Part shown: positions 9,463 to 18,305 of the stretch, one piece after another | Layout of the letters: every line of letters starts with the position of its first letter | How positions within the stretch are numbered: the first letter of the stretch is position 1 | From: a virus | DNA: 64,000 nt | Virus record (IMG/VR): IMGVR_UViG_3300048854_000232 | Location: 160,618-224,617 of that record | Direction: 5' to 3' (one strand) | The notes under the pieces: generated by a model | Databases searched by the model: none | Seen by the model: only the letters and a program-made list of their open reading frames with translations | Told to the model about the DNA's origin: nothing | Translations under genes and position numbers: made by a program

Positions 9463-9882
9463 ATGCGAACCATTACCGAACACTTGCAGGCGGAAGGTGA
9501 GAGCCCGACGACTGTCGTTGCGATGGACAACCCGGCCCCGGGTCACGCCAACAACCGCTACGATGCCCTCGGATTCAATACGGTATACAACCCGGCCGCC
9601 GACGTCAATGGCGTGTCTGCACGCTTCACGCGCCTCCCGATCATCTTCCAGTCCAATCCCGATCTTCCGGCCTACATGCCGCAGGACGGTATCAGTACGG
9701 AAGCCCTGCTCGCGATCTTGGCTGACCACCTTGCCAGCCAGCTCCAGACGCCCCAGGCCTGCCACGAGTACGCCGCTGCGGGCCAAGCCGTATCCCACGC
9801 CATCGAAGTGCTCGCTGCTCGTCGTGCACGCGTGAGTGGGCAGCACCCGAACGTCGTTCAGTTCCACCAGAACGTCGCCTGA
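9463..9882 (+). CDS. Tad1-like protein paralogue 2 (divergent)
   Basis: PGHANNRY...IIFQ...DGISTEALLAILADHL...PQACHEYAAA aligns by eye with Tad1 (PFSxRENAxA) and with 8841-9242. Confidence 0.6.
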   Translation: MRTITEHLQAEGESPTTVVAMDNPAPGHANNRYDALGFNTVYNPAADVNGVSARFTRLPIIFQSNPDLPAYMPQDGISTEALLAILADHLASQLQTPQACHEYAAAGQAVSHAIEVLAARRARVSGQHPNVVQFHQNVA

Positions 9883-9921
9883 GACCGCATTGTGAAAACA
9901 CAGGGGAATGCGGTCGACCTG

Positions 9922-9970
9922 ATGAGAGAGTCCTTAGCAGGGGGACTCTCTCATTACTTTCTTTATGCCG
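9922..9970 (+). terminator. Hairpin terminator + TATGCC
   Basis: ATGAGAGAGTCCT / GGGACTCTCTCAT stem, then TACTTTCTTTATGCCG. Confidence 0.7.
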
Positions 9971-9980
9971 TAAACCGCGA

Positions 9981-10007
9981 TTGAACCAGATTTCAAACAC
10001 ATAGTAC
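9981..10007 (+). promoter_or_regulatory. Putative phage early promoter
   Basis: TTGAACCAGATTTCAAACACATAGTAC; a recurring intergenic motif. Confidence 0.65.
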
Positions 10008-10025
10008 CCCGGTGAGTAGTAAGCC

Positions 10026-10217
10026 ATGTCTTCTTATCCCCTTTCACATATCCGGAGTTCTCTCGTGCATTTTCTTCAGTTCGTTCATTCGCTGCACTCG
10101 GTTTACCTCGACACCGCGATCGTCGTCGCCATCGTGGGCTGCTTTACCGCGGCGGTGCTCGATGACCGCAAGGCTCTGCGTCGTAACCGTTACAAGAACG
10201 AAGGCTTCGGCAACTAA
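10026..10217 (+). CDS. Small membrane protein
   Basis: 63 aa with one hydrophobic segment; first gene after the promoter motif. Confidence 0.45.
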   Translation: MSSYPLSHIRSSLVHFLQFVHSLHSVYLDTAIVVAIVGCFTAAVLDDRKALRRNRYKNEGFGN

Positions 10218-10258
10218 GCCTGACTTATCGCACACCCCTTCACCAGTCAAGGATTACC

Positions 10259-10981
10259 ATGGACAACAACACGCCGCTCCTGCTCGGCCTGACCCCCTAC
10301 CAGTCCCACTCGCGTTATGGTTCGCGTTCGGGCCTGGGTTCGCCAGCCAGCGACAGCACCCATGCTTTCGAAGTGTTGCCGATGGGCGACTTCGAGAAGC
10401 TCCAGCTCTTCATCCCGCGTGAAGCTTTTACCCTGATCGACACCTACGTACGCAGCAAGCACATGTACATGAAGCTCGGTCAGGACATCGTCGCCGAGGC
10501 GGACCAGGAGGAGACCGAGCGTCTGATCTTCGATCTGGAATCGATGATCTGGCTGCTGACCCAGCACACCAGCATTTCCGAAGACCTCCAGCACGCCAAC
10601 TACATCGAAGTCAACGCCAGCCTGAGCGTGTGGGCCGAAATGCTCCGTGGCTTGGGCGAAGCGCTCCTGGACATGCCACCGGTCCTGCGCGGTGCCGATG
10701 CTTACAACATGCACGAAGCGATCGAGACCCGCCTGCGCCAGTACAGCGAGAAGCTCGACGAGACGATGACCGCGGAAGCCGCGCGCATCGCCAACAGCGC
10801 CAACTTCGATCGGGAAAGCCACCTGGCGACGCTGGAGCAGACCCGCAAGATGTTCGATGCTGATCGTGCGGCGGCTGGTAAGCTGTTTGTCCTGTGGCAG
10901 CAGAAGCAGCAGGCCAAGAGCGATATCCTGGAACGCCTGCAGGTGATCGTCGACGACCCGTCGGCTAAAAACATCGATTGA
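10259..10981 (+). CDS. Hypothetical helical protein
   Basis: SD AAGGA; 240 aa; typical codon usage. Confidence 0.7.
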   Translation: MDNNTPLLLGLTPYQSHSRYGSRSGLGSPASDSTHAFEVLPMGDFEKLQLFIPREAFTLIDTYVRSKHMYMKLGQDIVAEADQEETERLIFDLESMIWLLTQHTSISEDLQHANYIEVNASLSVWAEMLRGLGEALLDMPPVLRGADAYNMHEAIETRLRQYSEKLDETMTAEAARIANSANFDRESHLATLEQTRKMFDADRAAAGKLFVLWQQKQQAKSDILERLQVIVDDPSAKNID

Positions 10982-11004
10982 ACTGGATTTCAGACACATA
11001 ACAC
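10978..11004 (+). promoter_or_regulatory. Putative phage early promoter
   Basis: TTGAACTGGATTTCAGACACATAACAC. Confidence 0.6.
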
Positions 11005-11052
11005 TCCCCCGATCCAGTAGCTACATTCACTTCAACCAGCGAGGTATACACC

Positions 11053-11181
11053 GTGGAAAGCGTCACCGGCACCATTTGCAAAACGATTATCGCACTCGCG
11101 TGGATCGGACTGGTGGCACGCCTCTTCGGTGGACCGCTGGTTGTCGTCGTCAAGGAATCGCCCGAGACGAAGTCCGAGTAA
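11053..11181 (+). CDS. Small membrane protein (42 aa, not in ORF track)
   Basis: SD GAGGT, GTG start; MESVTGTICKTIIALAWIGLVARLFGGPLVVVVKESPETKSE. Confidence 0.55.
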   Translation: MESVTGTICKTIIALAWIGLVARLFGGPLVVVVKESPETKSE

Positions 11182-11198
11182 GCGTAAAGGAAAGCCCC

Positions 11199-11342
11199 AT
11201 GGTCAACAAAGTCATTGCAGCCATCTTTGGCTTGCTGCTCCTCCGGATCGCTGGAGGGATGTTCATGTACGTCACCGTACGTGGGGCCGTCAAACAAGCC
11301 AAGGCTGAACAAGCTAAAGCCGCCGCACCGGCGGCTCCGTAA
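11199..11342 (+). CDS. Small membrane protein (47 aa)
   Basis: SD AAGGA; MVNKVIAAIFGLLLLRIAGGMFMYV... Confidence 0.6.
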   Translation: MVNKVIAAIFGLLLLRIAGGMFMYVTVRGAVKQAKAEQAKAAAPAAP

Positions 11343-11369
11343 TTCTTCCACACTGTCAGGAGACGTGAA

Positions 11370-11492
11370 ATGGACAAGCTCAAGTCGTTCTACACCCGCC
11401 ATGAGGATGTCATCATCTTCGGTGCGGTCATCGTCGCCATCAACGTGGCGGTTCGCGTCGCTGTTCGCACGGTCGACGCTGTCATCGGTTAA
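11370..11492 (+). CDS. Small membrane protein (40 aa, not in ORF track)
   Basis: SD AGGAG; MDKLKSFYTRHEDVIIFGAVIVAINVAVRVAVRTVDAVIG. Confidence 0.6.
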   Translation: MDKLKSFYTRHEDVIIFGAVIVAINVAVRVAVRTVDAVIG

Positions 11493-11649
11493 ACCAGCAG
11501 GGGGTTCTATGGCTGATCGTCATCGGAGCCCCGTCGAACGCTGGGCTCTTCCGCAACACCTACCGGTGCCCCGAGCGCCGGTAGTCTTTCGTTCCACCAC
11601 CCCGATGGCGGATGCCGCCATCCCTTCCAAACACACAAGGAACACGATC

Positions 11650-11946
11650 ATGAACCAGAGCAACAACACCGCCGAACTCACCAACGACACCCTGACCACC
11701 GACGCCGAGAAGAGCGTGGGTAGCACGGTCGTCTCGCTCGACGAGCAGATCACGGCCGTCGAAGGTCAGCTGGAATCCCTGCGTGCCCAGCGTCGCCAGA
11801 TCGGCAAGGTCGCCCAGACGCGCACCCAGCGCGTGGTCAAGTACACCGCGATCGCCCTGACGGGCGCGGCGGTGGTGGCCGTGGGCCTGCGCATGTTCGC
11901 CGGCCGTGCGATCGAAGTCGCGGTGGATGCCGCGCTCGACGCGTAA
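11650..11946 (+). CDS. Small coiled-coil protein with C-terminal membrane anchor
   Basis: SD AAGGA; 98 aa; hydrophobic segment YTAIALTGAAVVAVGL. Confidence 0.7.
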   Translation: MNQSNNTAELTNDTLTTDAEKSVGSTVVSLDEQITAVEGQLESLRAQRRQIGKVAQTRTQRVVKYTAIALTGAAVVAVGLRMFAGRAIEVAVDAALDA

Positions 11947-11951
11947 GACGT

Positions 11952-11994
11952 GCATAGCCAGGCGACCCTTCGGGGTCGCCTGGCTTCTATGCCG
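11952..11994 (+). terminator. Hairpin terminator with GCATA...TATGCC flanks
   Basis: AGCCAGGCGACCC-TTCG-GGGTCGCCTGGCT then TCTATGCCG. Confidence 0.8.
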
Positions 11995-12056
11995 TTCTTT
12001 TTTCTCCTGTCCTTCCTGATCGATCTTATGACCTTCTTTCGATTAGGAGCGTGGCC

Positions 12057-13706
12057 ATGCCTCGCGTCGCCACTGAGATCCCAGAAACCATGGAGGCGAT
12101 TGTCCGCCCTGTGGCCCTGGACATCATTCGCCAGGTGGGTAAGCTCCTGGGCCTCCCCAAGAGCACCGCCATCTATTATCCGGGCTCTGCGGAGTCTGCT
12201 GCCCAAACCGGATCGACCCTCAACTACGAGGGCGAGCCGTCGAGCTTTCCGTTCTATGGCAAGCTGAAGATCGAAGCCAACGAGCAGTACATCGAAGACC
12301 GGGTGCTGACCGATGCGGTGTACCGCCATGAGTTCCTGCCGATCTTTATCGACAAGGACCTGGGTGTGCGGATCCATCCGGTCTACAGCGCCACCGAGAT
12401 GATCTTGAGCTTCACCTACCGCGCCGAAAGCCGTGTGGCTGCCGAGCGGTTCCGTGATGACATCAAGATGCGCACCTCAATGCTGCGCAAAGAAAACCTG
12501 CACGAGCTGACCTACCATTACGGCATCCCAGCCACCTACCTGCAACTGTGCCAGGAGATCCACACGCTGCGTGAGAAGATCGCGCCGTATGGGGAGGATT
12601 TCTCCAAGTGGTTCATGGACCATGTCGATCCGCGGGTGACGAACATCACCACCCTGATCGGTACGTCGCCGACCCTGGTGATCCCCGAGCATCAGGTCTG
12701 CGCCCTGGGCTGGTTTGACTTTGCCTTCGCTCCCGAACCGGCAGTGAAGGATTCGGAGTCGGGCACCTTCGATATCTCCTTTGAGTACCGGGTTACCTAC
12801 GACAAGGTGATCTCCTGCGTGATGGAGTACCCGCTGGTTGTCCATAACCAGATGATCGCCGCCCGTTGGCACGGTCAGCGGAACGCCTCGGGGGATCTGG
12901 CCTCGGATCCGGGTCTGCGCAAACGCGCACCCAGTCTGTCGCGGTACTTCTTCGACAAATTCGTCAGCGTCTACCCGTGCGAGTGCCAACGGCAGATCGA
13001 TGGGGTGTCGATGCCGGTCTTCGATGATTGGATCCCCGACACCGTCCATCCGGATACCAGCACGGTCTTCACCGCGATTGTCCAGGTCAGCCCGACCGAT
13101 CGGGGCGATGTAGTGAACCTGCAGTCCCTGGGAGATTGGAAGATCGATCCGACCCTGCTGCCGTTCCTGCAAGGGGAAGCACCGTTCCTGACCACCTACG
13201 GACAGTCGGTGGTGTATCTGAGCTTGTACCGTGACGGCGTGCCGGTCGATGACGGTGGTCTGACGGTGGACGCCGCCCTTAACGTGCGCTACACCCCGAC
13301 GATGGATCTGCGTCAGCGTTACCACTTGCGCATTGCGCTGGTGAACGACCTGACCATCCTGGACCGTCCGGCCATTGAGCGGTTCCGTAGCGGCGGTCAG
13401 GCGGCTTTGAAGATCCTGACCACCCTCCAGGCCAAGCTGGGCAAGAAAGGCTATCTACCGGTGTTGCGTGGCGGCAAGTACATCAGCTACGCCGACATCC
13501 TCGAGATTGGCCAGCGCATCAACTCGCTTAAGACTCCCTACCAGACCGGCGTCGAGTACGCCATGCTGACCGTGGGGAATTTCATCATTGCAGCTTCGCG
13601 GAGTTCCGACTATGCCCCTGATGCAGCCGACAACGCCGGAGGCTCAACCCACGAACCCGGTACCGGTGCGGGTGACGGACAAGCCCTACCAGGGTGTGGT
13701 CCTTGA
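12057..13706 (+). CDS. Conserved virion structural protein (phiKZ-like)
   Basis: SD AGGAG; late motif GATCTTATG at 12022; 549 aa; YPLVVHNQ and FDDWIP motifs recalled from phiKZ-like structural proteins. Confidence 0.65.
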   Translation: MPRVATEIPETMEAIVRPVALDIIRQVGKLLGLPKSTAIYYPGSAESAAQTGSTLNYEGEPSSFPFYGKLKIEANEQYIEDRVLTDAVYRHEFLPIFIDKDLGVRIHPVYSATEMILSFTYRAESRVAAERFRDDIKMRTSMLRKENLHELTYHYGIPATYLQLCQEIHTLREKIAPYGEDFSKWFMDHVDPRVTNITTLIGTSPTLVIPEHQVCALGWFDFAFAPEPAVKDSESGTFDISFEYRVTYDKVISCVMEYPLVVHNQMIAARWHGQRNASGDLASDPGLRKRAPSLSRYFFDKFVSVYPCECQRQIDGVSMPVFDDWIPDTVHPDTSTVFTAIVQVSPTDRGDVVNLQSLGDWKIDPTLLPFLQGEAPFLTTYGQSVVYLSLYRDGVPVDDGGLTVDAALNVRYTPTMDLRQRYHLRIALVNDLTILDRPAIERFRSGGQAALKILTTLQAKLGKKGYLPVLRGGKYISYADILEIGQRINSLKTPYQTGVEYAMLTVGNFIIAASRSSDYAPDAADNAGGSTHEPGTGAGDGQALPGCGP

Positions 13707-14994
13707 TACCAAGTACGACCCCAAGGCCAGTCTGCTCACCTATGTGGAAGGCAGTAACTGGTCGGTCAACTACTACTCGCAGGTTCTGGGCAAAGACAAC
13801 GAAGTGATCGCTCAGCAGATGGGACGCGCCGCGCCCTATCAGCAGTACTGGCTGGTCAAGCAGTTCGAGCTCAAAGTCACCCAGGCGCTGACCTCCTCCC
13901 AGCAAGATGACAGCAAGAGCATGAACGTGACGGGGGTGGCAACCACCTACCCGCACTTCATCCCGAACAAGGGTGACATGTTCATCGCTGACATCGGCGA
14001 CGGCAACGAGGGCGTGTTCTCGATCACCGACTCGATCAAGAAGACCTACCTGAAGGAATCGCTCTACGAGATCCAGTACGAACTGGTCGCGTATTTGGAC
14101 GAAGCCCGGAAGGCGGACTTGGATGCCAAGACGGTCAAGACCACGCAGTTTGTCAAGGACTTCCTGACCTTCGGGCAAAACCCGATGGTGCTCTCGGAAG
14201 ACTACGACATGCTCCAGGCCATGGAGAAGGATTACAAGAACCTCCTGGCCCTGTACCTGCGCGACTTCTTCTCACTGAACTACCAGACCCTGGTGATCCC
14301 CGGACAAGCCGGCCGGACCAGCTACGATCCGTTCCTGGCCAAGGCGTTCTTGAACGTGGTCTCCACCGACGACAACCCGGTCGTGTCCAAGATCCGCCTG
14401 CCCAACGTGGCAACCGATCAGGCAATGGATTGCCAGACCGTCTGGGATGCCCTGCTGTCGCTGAACGGCGATATCCTGCCGACCGTGGCCCAGGCGATGG
14501 TGTTGCTGCCGACCCTGCACTTCAAGCGCTTCCCGCAGCTCTCGGGCATCTACTACACCGGTATCGAACGGGTGATCTACCCGGTGGATGCACGGACCGA
14601 TGTGGATGCGACTTACGAGCCCGGCATGCTGGCTCCGGTGGGTGACTCGGTGACCTTTGGTGGTCGTCGTTACGAGGCCCTGGAACGTCTGTTGCCCTCG
14701 CAAGCGCTGAAGGGGTTCAGCTACGATCCGCCCATGCCCAACCTGTTGCCGGACGTGGTGCCGGTGACTGCCGATCCGTACTACGTCTTCACTGCCGGCT
14801 TCTACGGCATGGACGATGCCAAACCCGCGTCCAACCTCGAGGTCTTGACCTTGCAGGCGCTGCGCGGCGACGCCCTTGATACCGTGGCTCTGCATAAGCT
14901 CGCCGCCAAGGCGATGCTGTGGGAAAACCTCGAGCGGTTCTACTACACGCCCGTGCTTCTCACACTCCTGCAGGCTGCGCTCCGCCGGAACTGA
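13612..14994 (+). CDS. Conserved virion structural protein (phiKZ-like)
   Basis: 460 aa; LLTYVEGSNWSVNYYSQ, PNKGDMFIADIGDG and LERFYYTPVL motifs. Confidence 0.7.
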   Translation: MPLMQPTTPEAQPTNPVPVRVTDKPYQGVVLDTKYDPKASLLTYVEGSNWSVNYYSQVLGKDNEVIAQQMGRAAPYQQYWLVKQFELKVTQALTSSQQDDSKSMNVTGVATTYPHFIPNKGDMFIADIGDGNEGVFSITDSIKKTYLKESLYEIQYELVAYLDEARKADLDAKTVKTTQFVKDFLTFGQNPMVLSEDYDMLQAMEKDYKNLLALYLRDFFSLNYQTLVIPGQAGRTSYDPFLAKAFLNVVSTDDNPVVSKIRLPNVATDQAMDCQTVWDALLSLNGDILPTVAQAMVLLPTLHFKRFPQLSGIYYTGIERVIYPVDARTDVDATYEPGMLAPVGDSVTFGGRRYEALERLLPSQALKGFSYDPPMPNLLPDVVPVTADPYYVFTAGFYGMDDAKPASNLEVLTLQALRGDALDTVALHKLAAKAMLWENLERFYYTPVLLTLLQAALRRN

Positions 14995-14998
14995 TCCC

Positions 14999-15619
14999 AT
15001 GACCATGACCTCCGAAGTCATCACGAACTTTATTCCGAACTACGACACGTCCAAGCACTCCGCGGCGTACAAGTTGTTCCATTACAAGTTCATCTGTGCC
15101 ATTGCGCACATGCACCTGCATACGCAAGAACACACCGAAGTCTTCGGATACGTCACCTCTGGCGATGCAGCGACCGATCGCGCCCAGGCCCAAGCCGAAG
15201 CCCACGTGCAGCTGACCGTGGCAGCGATGGCCGAGTTCCATCACGACGGGATTCCCTTCCGTCTGGTGAGCCCGGATCCGGATGCGGTCAAGATCTACAA
15301 CCTGATCTATGAGCACCTGAGCGATTGGAAGAAGCACATGGATCAGTCCGCGTCGTTCGAAGCGCCGTTGGACGACTTGCGTAAGTTCGACGCGCTGGCC
15401 GGTGAGGTCTACCAGATCGCCAAGTTCTACATGGCCACGGCGCCGCAGCACGGTGCCTTGAATGCAGCGTTGCAGACCCTGCTGGCTCGTCGCGGTGGGA
15501 TGCGTCGCCATGCTGGACCGGCCGCACCAGAGATCGTTCGTCAGGTGGCTAGCACGCACACGCCCATGGCAGACTCCATCGCCAAGGAAGTCACGGAGCG
15601 GAAGAAATCATGGCGCTAG
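14999..15619 (+). CDS. Hypothetical protein in structural operon
   Basis: 206 aa; tightly coupled to the flanking genes. Confidence 0.65.
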   Translation: MTMTSEVITNFIPNYDTSKHSAAYKLFHYKFICAIAHMHLHTQEHTEVFGYVTSGDAATDRAQAQAEAHVQLTVAAMAEFHHDGIPFRLVSPDPDAVKIYNLIYEHLSDWKKHMDQSASFEAPLDDLRKFDALAGEVYQIAKFYMATAPQHGALNAALQTLLARRGGMRRHAGPAAPEIVRQVASTHTPMADSIAKEVTERKKSWR

Positions 15620-16986
15620 AAAATACCTCGTTCGTTAACGAGATCAACCAGATCGCCCAGAACGGTCCGACCAACGTCATGTTCCATTGGCGTGCGGATA
15701 TCCTGGCCAACGGGCAGACCCTCCCGGCGCAGAAGCTGCTGTCGCGGGATCGGATCTGTAACTACGTGGAGTCCTACGCGGACGAGACGATCGTGGAGCT
15801 GGTGTTTGGTAAGGGCACCTACAACCACGATGTCCTACCGTATAAAGAGAACCTGCTGATCACCTTGTACCGGGAGCCGTTGGGCGAGGTGGCGTTGTCC
15901 GCCACCGATACCAGCACGCAGGTGATCACCCAGCAGTTTCGTGGGGTGATCATCGATCCGAAGTCCGCGGTGATCGAGGGGAACGATCCGTACGCCCAAG
16001 ACAAGGACGCCTCGGACCTGACCAACCTGGTGTACATCAAGTTCCAGTTGCTGGATCTGACGATCGAGCAGTTGCGCATGCGTACCACGGGCATGACCCT
16101 CCGCAACACCACGGGCGCGGAAGCGATTCGTTACATCCTGACCACCGAGTCGGCCAAGGTCAACATCGATTCGGATCAGAAGGTCCAGGGCGTGGATCTG
16201 TACCCACCCAACAACACCCAGCCGCAGAACCACATCGTCATCCCCCACGGCACCCGTGTTACGGACGTGCCGGAGATGATCGTGCAACGCGCTGGGGGGA
16301 TCTACAACGCCGGCTTTGGCTTTTACCTGCAAGCGGCCCGTTGGTATATCTACCCGCTCTACGACATCAAGCGCTACGACAACTCGTTGAAGACCCTGAC
16401 CTTGTTCAACGTACCAAAGAACCGGTTGCCCGGTACCGAGCGTACGTTCCGCACCACCGCCAACCAGGTCATTGCCCTGGTCACTGGCGATGTGAAGCAC
16501 ATGGACAACACCGAAGCCCAGCAGTTGAACCAGGGTAACGGCGTGCGCTTTGCCGATGCGACCAAGATCATGGATGGCTTTGTCACGGTCAAGGATAACA
16601 AGGCGCAAGTCTTGCGGTCCAAGAACAACAACGAGTATCTGGCCGAGTCCCGCGACACGGGTCTGAACAACGTGCAGCTGGCGACCAACCGCATCACCTC
16701 CAACCCGTTCCAGGAACTGTCCAAGCTCGCTCGCCGCGCCGGCAGTCACCTCATGTGCCGGTGGGAGAACTCCGACCCGGATTTGATCTTCCCCGGTATG
16801 CCGGTGAAGTACATGTACATCGTGGACGATCAGGTCGTGGAGGCTATTGGCACCGTTGTCTTTGCCCACCACTTCACGGGCACGGATCGCCCAGGTTTCA
16901 CCACCCAACGACACGTCACCAGCTCGGTCCTCACGCTCTTCTTGAACAAGAAGATCGATTGGTCACAAGTCGACGTTGACGCTTAA
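15610..16986 (+). CDS. Conserved virion structural protein (possible baseplate component)
   Basis: 458 aa; GIYNAGFGFY..WYIYPLY and WENSDPDLIFPGMPVK motifs. Confidence 0.65.
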   Translation: MALENTSFVNEINQIAQNGPTNVMFHWRADILANGQTLPAQKLLSRDRICNYVESYADETIVELVFGKGTYNHDVLPYKENLLITLYREPLGEVALSATDTSTQVITQQFRGVIIDPKSAVIEGNDPYAQDKDASDLTNLVYIKFQLLDLTIEQLRMRTTGMTLRNTTGAEAIRYILTTESAKVNIDSDQKVQGVDLYPPNNTQPQNHIVIPHGTRVTDVPEMIVQRAGGIYNAGFGFYLQAARWYIYPLYDIKRYDNSLKTLTLFNVPKNRLPGTERTFRTTANQVIALVTGDVKHMDNTEAQQLNQGNGVRFADATKIMDGFVTVKDNKAQVLRSKNNNEYLAESRDTGLNNVQLATNRITSNPFQELSKLARRAGSHLMCRWENSDPDLIFPGMPVKYMYIVDDQVVEAIGTVVFAHHFTGTDRPGFTTQRHVTSSVLTLFLNKKIDWSQVDVDA

Positions 16987-17026
16987 CCCCCAAGTCCCTC
17001 GCATCACCTGTAACCGGAGTATCGCT

Positions 17027-17548
17027 GTGACCACGAAGACCAGCACCCAGCTCGTGTTTGATCTGTTCAATCGGATGAACTCGGGCCTGCAGTATCCGCT
17101 TTCCCCGACCAACGTTGTCCTGGGCGCTCCGGCAACCAACGACAACGGCGCGATCAGCAAGAACACCAAGGCGACCCTCACCGCCATCGGCGGCCAGGGC
17201 TACAGCGGTTCGACCACGGTGTACTACAACCGTGTCGACCTGGCGGATATCCTCGCTACCGGTTCGTCGAACTTCCCGCTGACCAACCAGGTCAGCTCGG
17301 CCGACATCCTGGCGCTGTGGAATGCCGCGTTCAACACCAACCTCATCGCCGCCGACATCGTCGTCGAAGCCCTGCCCGCTCCGGCGGCCAACGGCTCGAT
17401 CAGCTACACGCTGAAGGCCAACACCGCTTCCCCGGCCTTCATCGGTCAGGCAGCGCTGGTCCTGGCTCCGGCTGCGATCCCGCTCTCCACGGCGATCACC
17501 ACCACCGACATGACGGGCCTGTCCGTCTCGGACGTCACGGCTGCCTAA
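17027..17548 (+). CDS. Tail-fibre/virion protein, single module of the repeated fibre family
   Basis: LSPTNVVLGAP...KNTKATLTAIGGQGYSGSTTVYYNRVDL module shared with genes at 39696-45922. Confidence 0.65.
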   Translation: MTTKTSTQLVFDLFNRMNSGLQYPLSPTNVVLGAPATNDNGAISKNTKATLTAIGGQGYSGSTTVYYNRVDLADILATGSSNFPLTNQVSSADILALWNAAFNTNLIAADIVVEALPAPAANGSISYTLKANTASPAFIGQAALVLAPAAIPLSTAITTTDMTGLSVSDVTAA

Positions 17549-17563
17549 GCGTTACGGCCAAAG

Positions 17564-17604
17564 CGGCATACGAGGAGGCCTACGGGCCTCCTCGGTTTTA
17601 TGCC
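17564..17604. terminator. Bidirectional terminator CGGCATA-hairpin-TATGCC
   Basis: CGAGGAGGCC-TACG-GGCCTCCTCG between convergent genes. Confidence 0.8.
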
Positions 17605-18045
17605 CTAATGGGCGACGAGTTCCCAAGGTCGGGTCTCGCCAGGGGTCGGGTTCCACGGGCTCACCGAATAGAAGGTGTAGCCAATCAAGGACTGGTAGGT
17701 GGCCAGGACCTTACGCCGGTTGTCGAAGTAGTAGGCTTGCTTGCCGTCCAAGGAGGCGACCTCGGAAATGCAGTGGCCATGGTTGGTCTCATCCAGACAG
17801 ATCACCAACCGGGATTGAAAGCCGGCCGCGATGGCGGCGCGCATGCAGATCATCGCGAACTCTTCGCAGTCACCTTTGATCGGCACGCGTTTGGTCACCG
17901 CCGGCTGCAACACGGCATCGGCTTCCCAGTACTCCAGCACGCCATGGGTTTCTTGGTCCGAGGCGTAGGTGTAGTTCTGCAAGACGCGGGTGTGGATCGA
18001 CTCCAAGGTATCGACTTGCTTAGGAGTGAAACCGACAGTGGTCAT
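17605..18045 (-). CDS. Transglutaminase-like cysteine peptidase (BTLCP/LapG-like, peptidase C93)
   Basis: Catalytic triad motifs KGDCEEFA, GHCI and YFDNR; preceded by EYW. Confidence 0.8.
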   Translation of the reverse strand: MTTVGFTPKQVDTLESIHTRVLQNYTYASDQETHGVLEYWEADAVLQPAVTKRVPIKGDCEEFAMICMRAAIAAGFQSRLVICLDETNHGHCISEVASLDGKQAYYFDNRRKVLATYQSLIGYTFYSVSPWNPTPGETRPWELVAH

Positions 18046-18215
18046 TAGCAGGAGCCCCCACGCGCCCTGAGCTCCTGACAGCCGATAGGAGCGACGGTCG
18101 GGCCAGAGGTAGACAACGGGGCTTGCGGCTTGGGCACGGGCGTCGTGCACGCTCCCAGGACGCCACAGGCGACCGTAAGGACGGCGGTAGCAACAATAAC
18201 GGAGAAGTGGCGCAT
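18045..18215 (-). CDS. Small lipoprotein (56 aa)
   Basis: Signal peptide with lipobox LGA-C; ends APIGCQELRARGGSC; TAATG overlap with the peptidase gene. Confidence 0.65.
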   Translation of the reverse strand: MRHFSVIVATAVLTVACGVLGACTTPVPKPQAPLSTSGPTVAPIGCQELRARGGSC

Positions 18216-18305
18216 GGGAAGCTCTCTTGGGTGGTTGACATACCATCTGGCAATTCTTACGCCCGCGGATATGCTTTGACTTTCACGACCTATAACGAGC
18301 GCGCC

